Positions 29,352-43,530 of a stretch of 64,000 nt of DNA are shown here, piece after piece; position 1 is the stretch's first letter; the number at the start of each line of letters is the position of its first letter. Under the pieces are notes generated by a model that was given only the letters and a program-made list of their open reading frames with translations, did no database searches and had not been told where the DNA came from. The position numbers were made by a program, and so were the translations under genes. Source of the DNA: Chrysomallon squamiferum (taxonomy: Eukaryota > Animalia > Mollusca); assembly GCA_012295275.1 (NCBI GenBank), contig CM022673.1, positions 27,528,001 to 27,592,000 on the forward strand. The letters run 5' to 3'.

Positions 29352-29631
29352 GTCTATCTGTCTGTCAGTCTGTCTGTCTGTATGGCTGTCTGTCTCTTTG
29401 CCTGCCCGCCTCTTTCTGAGTATAAGTTTGTGATGTGTGTGTATTTCAATTCATTTCTCTGGCCAAGTCTCGTAATATTTATACTAATAAATAAAACACA
29501 AGCACAACAACGAGAAATTGTTGTATTAGACCCAAGAATTATAAAAAAAAAACCCACAAAAACAAAACAAACCAAAAGAAAAAAAAGGAAAAAAAAAAGA
29601 AATCCTACTGATCATTAACAACTTATATCTC

Positions 29632-31107
29632 AAACGAGCAAATTTGTTTAAAAATTAATGAATAACTTATCATCCTTGTGTTTTATTTATAAACATGCCA
29701 CTTCAGTTAAAAGCGATCAGATTATAAAAACTTTCTAAAAACGTCCATGATGCAGAAATTCAGAGCTTGCCATAGAAAGCGTCTACGAGTATTCTGCAAG
29801 AAAACTGAAGTAATCACTCTTCATCCACTCGAACACACGACCGGTAAAAACGACATTCTCACAGTCCTGAATTCTGCTATTTTCAATATCAAAATCTGAT
29901 TTTGGCCTCATGTAAAAAAAATACAAGAAATATTTACTTGAATTTGTTACCAATAACAGACAATATTCATACTAAAAAGCTGTTTTTAAAAATATGACGT
30001 ATTAACAACGTTCTATGCATTTTCATCATTATTATTATTGTTGTTGTTGTTGTTGTTATTATTATTTTTGTCATTATTGTCATTATTTGTTATATATGTG
30101 ATCGCTCAAACAAAGGGAACACAAAGTTATTTTTGTAAGTTTAACTTGTTGTTTTGAATAATTCGTTGTATTATATTTCAAAATCAAACAATGACATTTT
30201 AGCATCGACAGATGGCAAAGCAAATACTGATACATATCTATTCAGATTTTTAAAAACCTATTTCTTACATTCAGTCGTACAGTTAAATATTTATATATAT
30301 TAATTTGTTGAATTCTGCTCTGGTAAATCTGGAAAAAAAGAAGATAAAATAGCTACAGTTACTTCTAAAAACTTCGGCTGCTTTCGCTCTCATAATCTTT
30401 TGCATATCACCAGTCGCACTGAACAGAAACATAAAATAACCAACTCGTTTTCTTTCCAATATTATTCATATTAACCTACCTACGTCTCCATTTTTAGCAA
30501 TACTATCAGTTTTCTGCTAAAGCCAAATTGCATAGACGGTCCCTAATATTGCTAGCAGCCACAATTATTTGATATAATATAATTCATAAAACTGCTGATT
30601 ATTTTTCTGTCAAGACCGGATTTTAAAGGTCGGTTCACCGTTTGGTTCAGATCCGCTGTGAATTGACTAAATTCAATTTTGTCTGAATTTCAGTTATATT
30701 GTTTGTGATTTAAACGACAAAAGAAATAATTTGGTTTTCTTTTATTACTGTGAAATACCGTTCTGCTTTACCGACTCTTTTACACACAAAGACGGATATT
30801 AGAAAATTGTTCTGACTGTTTTCTGCTCGAAACGGAAAATAGCGCTTAATGAAATAAAAACAAAAAATTCTGATAAAATGTTGTTATTGATGTTTCCGTC
30901 TCGTAGACTGTTTTTTCACTTTGGATGGCTAAAAATAACTAAATATAGAAGAAAAAAAACAACAAAAAAACACAAAAAAAACGCTTCCAATTTTTGCTGT
31001 ACACAAATTTAAAATCTGATCGCTTTTAACTGGAGTGGCATTTTTATAAATAAAACACGAGGTTGATAAGTTATTCATTAATTTTTTAAACAAAAACTTC
31101 CTCGTTT
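29632..31107. mobile_element. Non-autonomous DNA transposon-like element with ~95 bp terminal inverted repeats
   Basis: 29632-29724 matches the reverse complement of 31013-31107 (aaacgag...tttgtttaaaaattaatgaataacttatca.cct.gtgttttatttataaa.atgccact.cagttaaaagcgatcagatt); no internal ORF. Confidence 0.8.
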
Positions 31108-31949
31108 ATTCTAGCGTATTTCTGAGAGTCTGTTTGTTCTTCCACTCCATCATTTGCTTATATTAAAAAATGATAACAAAACAGGAGATGCATAAAAGCC
31201 ACTGTTTTTAACATTACATCCTTTGTCACAAAGAACGCTGTACGTTTTTTTCAGTGTGTCCAGATTATTTTTCTATCTCTCTTCATACAAAACAACTTTT
31301 ACATTTTCGGCAAAAAGCCGTCGCCGTTGCATGACGTCACGTATTTAAGATCTGAACAAATAAACAGTAAACAATACGCTGACGTGATGTTGCTGTCGTT
31401 GATGTTGTTGTTACTGCAACTACATACGGAAATACCCGTTGTTTTTTATTGAGACTGACCCAGTTGACAGTCACACAAGTATTTAATTAACTAAAAAGAC
31501 CTGTTAAAAAAAAAAAGAGAACTAATTGCTCTGATGACACACAATAGATGTGGTTGAACGGTTTAAAACTGTACTTCCTCATATAGAGACGATTTGCTTT
31601 CATTGTCTCTCTGTCTCTCTGTCTTGCTTCCGCAGTTTTTGTTTGTCACGCTCACGCTAGTATTGGTTTTTTAAAATGATTTTGTATCTGGGTCTTTTGT
31701 TCTCGTTGTCGTTCTTTCGTAGCATTATTAAAGTATTAGTTTGAAATCCTGTCTCGCGTGTATCTGGATTACTTAGGAATACTGTGTAATATTCCTGAAA
31801 CAGTCTGTTCCTGCTTTTTCATTATATAGAAATCATTCTTCAGAATATATTTTTCATTAATAAAAAGTCTTCATAATTACAATATTGCTCTTTTAACTAT
31901 TAAAAAAAAAAACCAAACAAGCTAATATGTTTTTACAAATTAAAAGATA

Positions 31950-31950
<1 letters not shown>

Positions 31951-31998
<48 letters not shown>

Positions 31999-32053
31999 TA
32001 CACCCATACAAAAATGCATACTTACGGACATATATATGTATGTATACATGGAT

Positions 32054-32086
<33 letters not shown>

Positions 32087-32146
32087 TACATGTATACATA
32101 CATACATACATATGTAAGCAATATACTTATATATACATACACATAG

Positions 32147-32199
<53 letters not shown>

Positions 32200-32238
32200 C
32201 ATATACGTAGTCTTACATACATACATATACACATACAT
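31951..32238. repeat. (CA)n plus (ACATAT)n/(ACAT)n simple repeats
   Basis: Direct reading. Confidence 0.93.
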
Positions 32239-33470
32239 TGTCCATAGCAATCTTTCTTATTTTATTTGCATCTTTTATTCATGCGTGCAGGCTTCAAATT
32301 TCGAAACAAACAAAGAAATCGGTTTCATTCATATTATACACAGAAAAGCATTCTAATGAAAAGTAGAAATCTGCATTTTCTTTAATCAGTGTTAAGCAAT
32401 TCGTAACGGCAGAAAGTCATCTACATATAAATTAATTAATCTAATTAGCATAAGTAATATCATTCAGCTGCCGATTCTAACAAACAACTTTTTATGTTGG
32501 GTACAGTCAAAGTTCATATGTAACATAATGTACATAAATACGTTAACTTCACTTTCTTATAAGTCTTTGAACAGCAAAACGTAAACACTGAAACTTAACT
32601 GTAAAATTTATAAATAATAATGATCATGATGATGATAATGATGATGACTTCGATGATGATTCATAAATAAATAAATAAATGAACAGACAAACGAACAAAT
32701 AAATAAACAAACAAATAAATAAACAAACAAACAAATAAATAAACAAACAAATATACAAACAAACAAACTAACAAACGAAAAAATACATAAATAAACAAGC
32801 AAAAATAAAAGCATCCATATCTCGAATGCAATTTAAAACTATTTACTGTGATTTACTCCGACAAATTCATCAAAACTTCAAAGCCTCGTCAATTACTCAA
32901 TCTTGTTTTACCACGGAAACGTTTTTAATTCGTCTTGTTTTACAACACAGAATTCATATAAACTCATGTCGAGCATTGAGGAACTTGAAGTGAAAGCAGG
33001 AGAAGAATTTTTAGAAAAAAAAAAAAAAAAAAAAAAAAACACATAAAGAAATTCGTTATCGTCAGCGACTGGATGGCAAACAAGCAACATAAACTCAGAA
33101 TGTTGTAAGATAAATGAAAAGATCATTTAGTAACACGGACACATAGCTGGCATTTACTCATCTTCTTTACTTGTCTCTTATATATATATATATACGTGTT
33201 TGTTCATTTCGTGTTTGGCCACTCGAAAAACCTCGAATATAACTAAAATTATTTTTCTGCATCTGTATTTTATGTGCTTTTCTTTTATCATTTCTGTCCT
33301 TCTTTTTAATTTTTAATTTCTTTCATGATATATCCTTTTCTTTCTTTTTCTTCTATTTTGTATTTCTTTCTTTCTTTCATTTCTTTCTTTACTCCTTTCT
33401 TTCTTTCTTTCTTTCTTTATTTTATCACTCTTTCCTTATTTTATAATTAATTTCACAAATCAGAAATTAA

Positions 33471-33505
<35 letters not shown>

Positions 33506-33823
33506 TGTTAGTAGGTCAATTAGACTGTGGAGTTCTGATTTTTCTCAAACGTTGTTGTTGTAGCTGTTGTTCACACAGCTGACCACTGCAGATTAAACGT
33601 CTTATCACTCTCACTTTGTTAAAACCTGTTTATTAACGCTTTGAATACCACACTGAGTCTTTGTGCTCGTTTAAAGATTTTTGTCTCGGTTTAGGCGCCT
33701 CGTTGCCTTTCGTCATTATAACGATATCATACTAACAGTCAGACGTGAAAAAATAAAAAAATTATTAAAAGAATCTTCAAGAGCCGAGGCATTCATGTCG
33801 CAATAAGCTGATGTGAGAGAATC

Positions 33824-33854
<31 letters not shown>

Positions 33855-36052
33855 GATGCTCCGCGATTTTTGTCGTTGAAAATTGTTACGGTTTTTATTT
33901 AATGATAAACTGGGTCGGGTCTATAATTATGAAAAAAAAAAAAAAAAAAAAAAAAAGAAAGAAAAAAAGGATGTTTGGTTTCAAATACGAGCTGAAATGG
34001 GTTTTATTATAAGTGTCTGTATGTCTTTTTCTGTTTGTGTGTCTGTCTGTTTAGCTGTCTTTTTAGCTACGTATTTTTCATTCCTTTGTGTTTGATCGCT
34101 CTATAATTAATATTTTTCTTTTTTTTAAATAATCACTTATTCTCAAACTGATGATGATAATAATTGGCGGTCCTCAAAAAAAAAAAAAAAAAAAAAAAAG
34201 TATAAAAAGTGTGTGTACATATATATATAATAACAGTACTAGCAATACTACCAACAACAACAACAACACTACTAATAATAATAATGAATAGGCACCGAAC
34301 GTTAATATACCTCATATCTCAAAAAGGAACAGTATTAAACAAACATTCCCCTAAACAGAAAACAAAATCTAACAGGCAGTTACCATAGACAATTGTCTAA
34401 ATGTCATTTCAATTTTTAGTTCTTGTTACAATTTTTTTTTAAATGCTCATATTATAATAGAATCTTTTTCTGTCACTGGAGGAAATAATTATATAGTCTT
34501 TAATTTTTTTTTTTTTTTTTTTTTTTTTAAATCTTTGGGTGACAATATAAATGTGAAATTTGAGACAAACGATTCTTTTTTTTCTTTCATGAATATCACA
34601 AAGAAGACAAAAACACAAACACCAGACAGAGAAACGGACGGATAAGTAAAGATAAATAAAGAGAGCAAGAAATAAAGATGAAAAGAAAAGATAAAGGTGA
34701 AAAGGAATGCATAGAAAAACAGAGAGACAGACAATCACACAGACGGACAATCATACAGACAGACATTTAGACTAACAGATAAACAAACAGGCAACAGAAA
34801 AATATGCACACATACATACATACGTACGAACAGAGACAAGCAGTCAAATAGTCAGACTGGCTGACTGACAGACAAATGGACAGAAAACCCCACAACAAAT
34901 GCTAATATATATATTTAAAAATATTTAATAGTATTTTACAAGTTATATATAGAAAACAATACTACACATACACTGTACAGTTTCAGATCTAACATCAAAG
35001 CATCTAATGTTGTTTTTTTTCACGCGATAACGAAGACGAATTCTATGTTAACTGTGTTACTGTAACGACTGATTGGACACATTTAACAAGGACTGCATGT
35101 TGTGAAAAGAATTTTCCAGAATTAACCTGACTGTCGTCAAAAATGTGAGTTGATAGGTCTTCAGCACGAAAAAAAAAAAAATAATAATGAAAAGAAAAAA
35201 TGCCGTCATATTTCGGTACGGAAGTGTTGGTAATTTTTTATATATATATATATATATATATAAATCAGAAAAAAAAAATCTGTAAACAATTAAAAACAAC
35301 AACAACAACAACCCCCCCCAAAAAAACAAATTATAAAACACAACAAATAAGTAAAAAAAACAAATTATAATAAAAACAAACTAATAAAAATAAAGAAAGA
35401 AAAAAAAAAAAAAAGAAAAAAAAGAAGAACAACAAATAACAAAAATAACAACAAACAAATAAAAAACATCCACCAAAATAAACAAATAAAACGAAAGCTC
35501 TCTTGTTATCTGTCTCTGTCTCTCTCTGTGTTCTCTCATTCGATTCCAAGCGCATACCTTTCAGATATAATTATAAACATGTCTACTTGTTTATAAGGTA
35601 AATAAATAGAAAAAGAATTGTTTTATTTAAAAGAACAAACGCTGAGAAATAAATAAATAAATAAATTAATTAATTAATTAATAAATAAAAAGTTAATAAT
35701 AATAATAATAATAATAATTATAATAATGACGACTATGATGATAATAATCATAATAATAATAATAATAATTATGACGAGGATGATAATAACGATGATTATA
35801 ACAACAAAACAATAACATCGATAATTAAATAAATGTATCCAGTTTACAGTTCTCATATTTCATTTCAGTTATCAATCAATGCACGTGACCCGGATATTGC
35901 ACAGCCTTGTATTCAAAATGCTTTCCGTAGTCTTAAACGTCTGACAATCGATCTGCTCATTTCTCAGAAAAAAAGTTGAAACGTTACAAATCGCGATACT
36001 TTGCTGATCGATTTGATTTAGCTCTTCCAAAAGATCAAGATATTTGAAAGGG

Positions 36053-36178
<126 letters not shown>

Positions 36179-37123
36179 TGCAAATTAAAACTTTTAATAT
36201 CATGCTGCTTAATATGGAAAAAAAAAAAAAAAAAAAAAAACCGACAACATCGTAAAATAAAATTATTTCGTTTGGCATTATGCCGTCGATAATCTGATTC
36301 TGTTATTACTGATATTTTGAAAGGGATTATATCCAATGATATAAATGTTATTAAGAAATTAATGTCATTAAGGCAGATAACCACTGAACATACTACATTT
36401 ATATCTTATTTATAACTAAAAATATCATTTTTCTTAAACAAAAACAAACAAACAAACAAAAAAGAAAACCGTTTGAAATGTCTCAGTTTTTAGATACAAA
36501 GGTCACCATCGGCACAAGTATACAACTACAACCCCTACGTCATTACAAGTACAAAAAGGTCAAAAATGCAGAAATCGGAAAGACAGGAATTACTGCAGGC
36601 TTTTAACGTTTTGGAAGTAGAAACGGTGTCAAGAAAATTCCGTACGTAGTGAAGAAATGCAATTATTATAACTGAATTAGATTTTGCTTCCAACGTAATT
36701 ACTATATCTTAATATATAGACATATACGAGTTCACTATCACAGTTCAAAACAGAGATTAGATTCACATTGTACTCAAATGAACTTTACTGAATTTCTTTT
36801 CGTTTCGTTTTTGTTTTGTTTTTATCAAGATAAAAAGAACAGGAAAAAGTAGAGCGTTAAAAAAAAAAAAAAATGGAAAAAAAAAAAAAAGAAAATAAGA
36901 AAGTAAAGTTCATAAAAAATAGAAGCTATTTATAAGTGCACTTTTTATTAGTCAGCATCAACATGTCAGAATCGACTTTTATTTCATTCGTTATTTTCTT
37001 TTTCTTTTTCTTGTCTTAAAAGACAAAATAATAATAACAATAATGTTAATGATAATTATAATAATGATGATCATAATAATTATCATGATGACAAAAATAA
37101 AACAACAACAACAACGAAAAACA

Positions 37124-37196
37124 ACCTTGGAATGTGCTCTTTATTATCACGGGAAGGTGCTTAAAAACATCTCTTCTTGCTAGATGGTAAGAGTAG
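37124..37196 (+). mobile_element. SINE central-domain relic (MetaSINE-like)
   Basis: ccttggaatgtgct...cacgggaaggtgcttaaaaacatctcttcttgcta...aagagtag; shares the 13-mer cacgggaaggtgc with 44586-44598; resembles the Meta-domain consensus as I recall it, not database-checked. Confidence 0.55.
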
Positions 37197-37263
37197 AAAA
37201 CGAAACAAATGAAAACGGTTTCTTATCGCCTTTTCATCATAATATAATACAAACACACACAAA

Positions 37264-37303
<40 letters not shown>

Positions 37304-37540
37304 AATAATAACGACGAAAGATAAAAACAAGATTTGAAATGTCAGAGAAAAACGATGTCGTGCATCATGCAAAGAACTTTCCGATGATTTCCGCGGGCTG
37401 TGTGTTTCTGCCAAGGACGATAACGCGAACATTTTGTTCTCGGTGACAAGCGAACGGAACTCAGATCAGAAATTGGATCGTTGCACTCTTAGCGTGCTAA
37501 AAATAGCAACACGAGACGATTAGATAAGGTACTCCCTGTA

Positions 37541-37619
37541 ACCGGAAGTTACTTCATTAGTCATGCTTCGAACGACTCCTTTTAAAAAAGTGACACACGT
37601 GACAGGTCAATTAAGGTCA
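37541..37619 (+). promoter_or_regulatory. Candidate enhancer: ETS site, E-box and perfect DR4 nuclear-receptor element
   Basis: ACCGGAAGT 37541-37549; CACGTGAC from 37596; AGGTCA-atta-AGGTCA 37604-37619. Confidence 0.45.
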
Positions 37620-37787
37620 CTTTACGTAGTAGCGTTGTTCAAGTAAAAAAAATGAAAAAATAAAAAATAAAAAATAAAAAATAAAGAAAATAAAAAGGAC
37701 ACAATTATGCCATTCACATGCAATTATTTTCTATTATCAGCTTTTGTGTGGGCTGCTGGTTGTATGTTACTGTGTTAGTAGGTTATA

Positions 37788-37821
<34 letters not shown>

Positions 37822-38543
37822 TCACACCAAAGATAAAATACGTTGAACTGAAAATAAATAAATATATAAATATATAAATAAATAAATAAATAAAACATTG
37901 TATAGGGAAAGGGACCATTTGTTATTTTCTCTTGAAAGTTACGGACGTACAGATTTTTATAACTATTTTTTAGCAGTTGTGGTATTAAGTTTCGATATAT
38001 GTAGACATACATGCAACTTATGCAAACACACGCACACACACACACAGACAGACAGACACACATCTAAACATTCACACGTTTCAGACATTAAAAATAAAAA
38101 TGCAAGTATCCATACCTAGAAAAGCAGATAAACACATACACACATGGAGACAAACACTCACAAACAGAATCGTCATTTCAAAACGGATATGACGAAGATG
38201 GACTTGGACAGAAAACTGCAGAGTTGAATGCCAGCAGCAAAACCCTGTCTTTATCGACAGAGTAGTAATAGCAGTATGTCTCTAACACAGATGCTGACGA
38301 CAAAATAATATCAGATAAAACTGGAACTGAAATATCTCTTTATCTTCATCCGCTTGTCTTGAAAACAGTGATTAACAAGGCGTTTTTTCACGCGGCATAA
38401 GATCCAGTGATTAGCTTCTGAGTTATTTTCCATCAAAATACGTCACAGACAGAGAGAACGATGCCTACGACATCATTCAGTCGCGATATAAAGATCAAAA
38501 GTCAAGAGGCATAAAATGTATTTATCCCGTTCTTGACCACAAT

Positions 38544-38589
38544 TACAGATAAATATCCGGCCGGTCCGATAATCCGGGGTCGGACTGTA
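38544..38589. mobile_element. Possible Tc1/pogo-type micro-relic (TA-CAG...CTG-TA)
   Basis: The minus strand begins tacagtccgaccccggattatc, like pogo/Tigger TIRs; TA on both sides; internal partial palindrome. Confidence 0.3.
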
Positions 38590-39439
38590 CGTAAGTAAAA
38601 AATTTAAATTCTCTTTGATCTTCATCGATCACCTTCGAAGCCAAAAACGAAGTATATCTAACTTTTATCACCCGTGACCTTCGAGATAGAGACGCGTCGT
38701 CTTTTAAAGCACGACAGTTCTTCCAGTCTGAATAATCCAATTTAAAATCTGTGAGAACAATTTTGAAAGAACTCTATTTAATTCGCCTGTTCGCGTCTGC
38801 TCTCGTTTTAAGCCCGATGCGTTGTCGTTAAAAAGAGTTCGATGAAGTCCGACAATCAACGTTTTTAGTAGCTGTGGGCTTTTGCTTTTGTCAGATATTT
38901 ATTTCTACATGTCTGACAGATTTGGTTTTTAGCTGGTACCAGCCTTCAGTGTTCGGAAACTGCTCGCGTTGCTGTAATTAATTCCTGTCTGTAATTCAGA
39001 TCATGCCAAAGGTTATTACGGCTAAGAAACACGGCTAATGCGTCCTGCCGGCTGCGTTTTTTATTTTTTTTTTTTTTTTTTTTTCTTCAGAGTAAAAAGC
39101 GATTATTATCTGCCCGGAATTTGTTGTACGTTTTTGCTGAACATGTTTTGAGCCAGCAGGCGAGTGATTTAAAGTGAGTAAATAAAATGTCGTACAATTT
39201 TTTTTTTTTTTTTTTTTTTATTTTATTTTTTTACCATCTCGGTGAGAATAGATAAGACTTCATAATAATATTTAAGATTTTTAAACATTTTTCGGTAGTG
39301 AAGCATTATTGTCATCATCATCATCATCATCATCGACATCATCATCATCATCATCATCATCGTTGTCGTCTACGTTACCATAATTATCATGAGCATTATT
39401 ATTATTATTGTTATTGTTGTTATTATTATCATCATCATA

Positions 39440-39484
<45 letters not shown>

Positions 39485-40184
39485 ATGCTTACAAAACTTT
39501 TTCTTTGTTGTCGTTGTTGTTACTGGTTTAATTTATTATGTTTCAGTTATTAAAATTTAACAGTTCGTCCTTCTGTGGGTCTTCCCTGTAAACAAGATCA
39601 TAATAGTTTAATGGAATAAAACATCAAAGCAGTTTCAGTTACACGTTTGCAAATGAAACAGACAGAAAAAAAAAATCATTAAACATTAACCGTTTTCTCA
39701 CCTGTATATCAGGAAACACAACAGTATTTTATTAACTCCTCACTTTGGCATTGAATGAATTTACAGCAAACTTGATCATTACGAAATCATTTAAAAAAAA
39801 TAAATGCATCTATTAAAGCATCGAAAACCTTCATGGCTTTTATGTGAATTTGTAATAGCCAGTATTTATTTGTTTCGTTGTTGTTTTTTTTTTTTTTTTT
39901 TTTTAAATATATTTCTTATGACGTATCCGTTGGAAATGTTTATATGTACATTTAAGCAAAATGATGAGGATGGTTTTAGTTTTATAATGAAATAATAATT
40001 ACGCTTTTAAAGTTTTTATGAATCAACGAATGCTTAATGGTATCTTGATAGATAACAGTTATTAGATGATACATTATTAATAACGGTTGTTGGATTACAA
40101 ATATAGATTTTCTGTGACAGTACAGCGATGTTACCACACTGTTAGCAACTCTTATCCATTAAGCAGGAAGGGAATATTTTTATA

Positions 40185-40540
<356 letters not shown>

Positions 40541-41029
40541 GTCTATGAATGTATCTATGTATGTAGGTGGTTGCCTAACTTAATTTATTCATTTAGTCAA
40601 AGAGTTAAAGTTTCGTGCGAACTGTACAGCGCGTTTTCTTCACACAGAATTCTGTTAACTTCTTCTATTAACTTCCCGTTACAAATCATAATTGCTCTAT
40701 GCTTCACCTGCATCTTGTAAAGTATATTTTTTCTTTTTTTTCTTTTCTCTCTCTCGCTTTCTTTGTTTTTTTAATTCGGCAGATTTGGCATTTTTAACTG
40801 GGGCATTGAACAGGTTGTCGGAACAGGTTGGTTCAGTTACTGAAGATAAATTTAGCCAGACTTAGACTGCGTATGCCCCGCTTCTGGAAAAAACGGTTCT
40901 TTAATAAGAAAGAGTGAAATTAGGGATATTTCTGATTTGTTAAAAATAAATACAAAATAAATAAAAAAAAAAAAGAATAAAATAAAAATAGGACTGCTTT
41001 ATTCCAAAATAGCATGCATGCAGACATGC

Positions 41030-41060
<31 letters not shown>

Positions 41061-41299
41061 CTTTCCACATTTGTCTGAATGATTCCTTTCAACGTGAGGC
41101 GTCCAGTACTGACTGGCGTTCGTCAGAAACTGTAATAATGAACTCGCAGACTAGTAGCGAATCCCTGCAGAATTGTGAGAGTGAAGCGAAGCTATTGACT
41201 CGTTTTTCGCTGCCTGCTGTTTTGTCGGGTGACTGTGTTCACATTCTGCAAGCAGTGGGGATTTGTCGATCACAGAATAAGTCTTTAGAAATTGCCTCA

Positions 41300-41355
41300 C
41301 TTTCCCCGCCCGCCATGTTTGACCATGATTATTAAGCTTGGGGGTGGGGGGTGTT
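41300..41355 (+). promoter_or_regulatory. GC-box/YY1-like promoter-type segment
   Basis: ccccgcccgccatgtt (overlapping Sp/KLF and CGCCATnTT motifs) and ggggtggggggtg within AT-rich DNA. Confidence 0.3.
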
Positions 41356-41387
41356 GCAGGTAGGCGAAAATCCTAATGTATTTTTAA

Positions 41388-42047
41388 AACCACGTAACCC
41401 GTGATTACTGTGGAACTGATAGCGGGGGCGACTCATTGTATTTAGTGATCAGTTGTAACCACGTAACCACAGTTACTGTGGTGCTGGAAGAAAGAGGAGT
41501 TGGTGTGTTTTGTCACGTGTAACCATCATCATCATCATTAGTAGTAGGGTAGTGGGGATGTTTTAATTTGTTTAGTTCACTAGACGTAACCTTGTAACCA
41601 CAGTTAGTGCCATGTTTGAAATATTATAGAGCGTTTTGACACTAAGTGTAACCACAGTTAATGGTTGTATTTGGGATGTTTTAACGCATTTTGTCACCAG
41701 CTGTAACCATGTAACCAATGTTACTGGTTGTGTTTTGGGATGTATCAGTGTGCTTAGCTTCAGATGCTTTCTAGTTGCTATGGTTACTAAAAGGGTGAGA
41801 GGTTTTTTTTAATAATGAGCTGTAACCAGATAGCCATATAATCACGATTATTGTAACGTAGTAGGTGTATTCTGTGAGCACCTGTTACCGCGTAAGATGA
41901 TGTTTTTACTGGCTGTTTGTCATCAATTACAGCCACGTAGGAGTAACTGTAATGCAGCGTGGGTATGCTGGTACAGTTTCTCATCAACTGTAATCGCGTA
42001 AGCTTGCTTATTTTGATATTGTAGTGTATAGCGTAACCAGTCGTTAA
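41388..42047 (+). repeat. Degenerate minisatellite, ~11-12 units of ~55-65 bp, core GTAACCAC-GTAACCACAGTTACTG
   Basis: Core or variants at 41394, 41455/41463, 41519, 41586/41594, 41648, 41703/41711, 41774, 41822, 41884, ~41930, 41990 and 42033; the linkers share tttgggatgtttt...ttgtcac. Confidence 0.8.
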
Positions 42048-42065
42048 CGGACCATCATGTAGGTA

Positions 42066-42066
42066 C

Positions 42067-42148
<82 letters not shown>

Positions 42149-42405
42149 GTTGTTGTTGTTGTTGTTGTTGTTGTTATTGTTATTATTATTATAATGATTA
42201 TTATTATTATTATATTATTGTTGTTATTATTATTATTATTGTTATTATTATTATTATTATTATAATGATTATTATTATTATTATTATTATAATGATTATT
42301 ATTATTATTATTATTATAATGATTATTATTATTATTATTATTATTGTTCTTCTTGTTCTTCTTGTTCTTGTTCTTGTTCTTCTTCTTCTTGTAATTATTA
42401 TTATT
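42066..42405. repeat. Long compound (TTA)n/(TTG)n/(TTC)n microsatellite with higher-order ataatgatt subunits
   Basis: Direct reading. Confidence 0.96.
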
Positions 42406-43453
42406 TTAAACTAAGTCTTGTCATCGTTTAGAAATCTTTGTTATACAGTGGGTTTGTGCTAGCGTGTCTTATTGCCAGCTACAGCACAGTAAGCGAGTAA
42501 TGACGTCTTGTCGTAGAATTGTCGTAGAATTGCAAATACGTGGAAAAGATGTCGGGCAACACGTTACGTGGCTGTTTGATTGTATTTTTGAATTAAGTAC
42601 AGAAAAAGAGTGCAAATCATGATTAATTAGAAACTGCAATAAGGCTGTCGAGTTGTACGGAAGCAGCCATTTCTTCTAATGGAGAGGCAGAGGAAACATA
42701 AAAATGCTGTGAACAAAGGGACGAATGAATGAATGAAAGAACAAAACAACGAAAAAAAGAACGAATTAATCAGTGAAAGAATTGACTGGAAGGATAAAAA
42801 TGGATATTTCTTTAACAGTTATAAAATATAATGATTTTTAAATTCTGGTCAGTTTGTATAATGACATATACCCGAACAGTTGTAACAGTTAATAAGTAAT
42901 TAATATTTCCATTCTGTTAATGTTTATAGTCTGTAGACTGGTATACAGGTTATGAAATACATTATAAATAATTAAACTCTTTACTTACAGTATAAAAAAC
43001 ATATATACCAATTAAAATAAATCATAATATCGGAGATATTCCTGCTCAAAATTCTTTTTTATTTCACAAAGAAAACAAATGGAATAGATGGCAACAAACA
43101 AAAGTAAAAAAAAACTATATTAAATAATAAGAACTAATAATATTTTAATAATAATAATAACGACCGAGTTATCTCCTAAACCACACTGACTAAAATGGCT
43201 ATGAAGCTCGAAAGTAACGGACCAAAAAATAAAAACGTTCACTGAAACTTCTCCTGTTCCTGCAGAGAGCAAATAAATGTCAGAAAGAGAGGAATTGGAC
43301 AAGTGATAGTGTTAGTTTATTATTTAGTGGCCTGACACGTGTGTTCAGGTTACAGGTTAAACACCACAGCGAGTACAGAGAGGCAACAGGTTTCTGTCCT
43401 AACTGTGAGCCTGTTTTTAATGAATAGTATTTGTTTTATGTGCTAGTTCAAAT

Positions 43454-43457
<4 letters not shown>

Positions 43458-43526
<69 letters not shown>
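43458..43526. repeat. (GA)n microsatellite
   Basis: Direct reading. Confidence 0.97.

Positions 43527-43530
<4 letters not shown>

Noticed and set aside
31332-31339. Isolated CRE palindromes (also at 51542)
   Set aside because: Single 8-mers without further support can arise by chance in 64 kb
41388-42047. CRISPR array (palindromic repeats with variable spacers)
   Set aside because: The repeats are degenerate, the spacers resemble each other, there are no cas genes, and the context is eukaryotic; it is a decayed minisatellite
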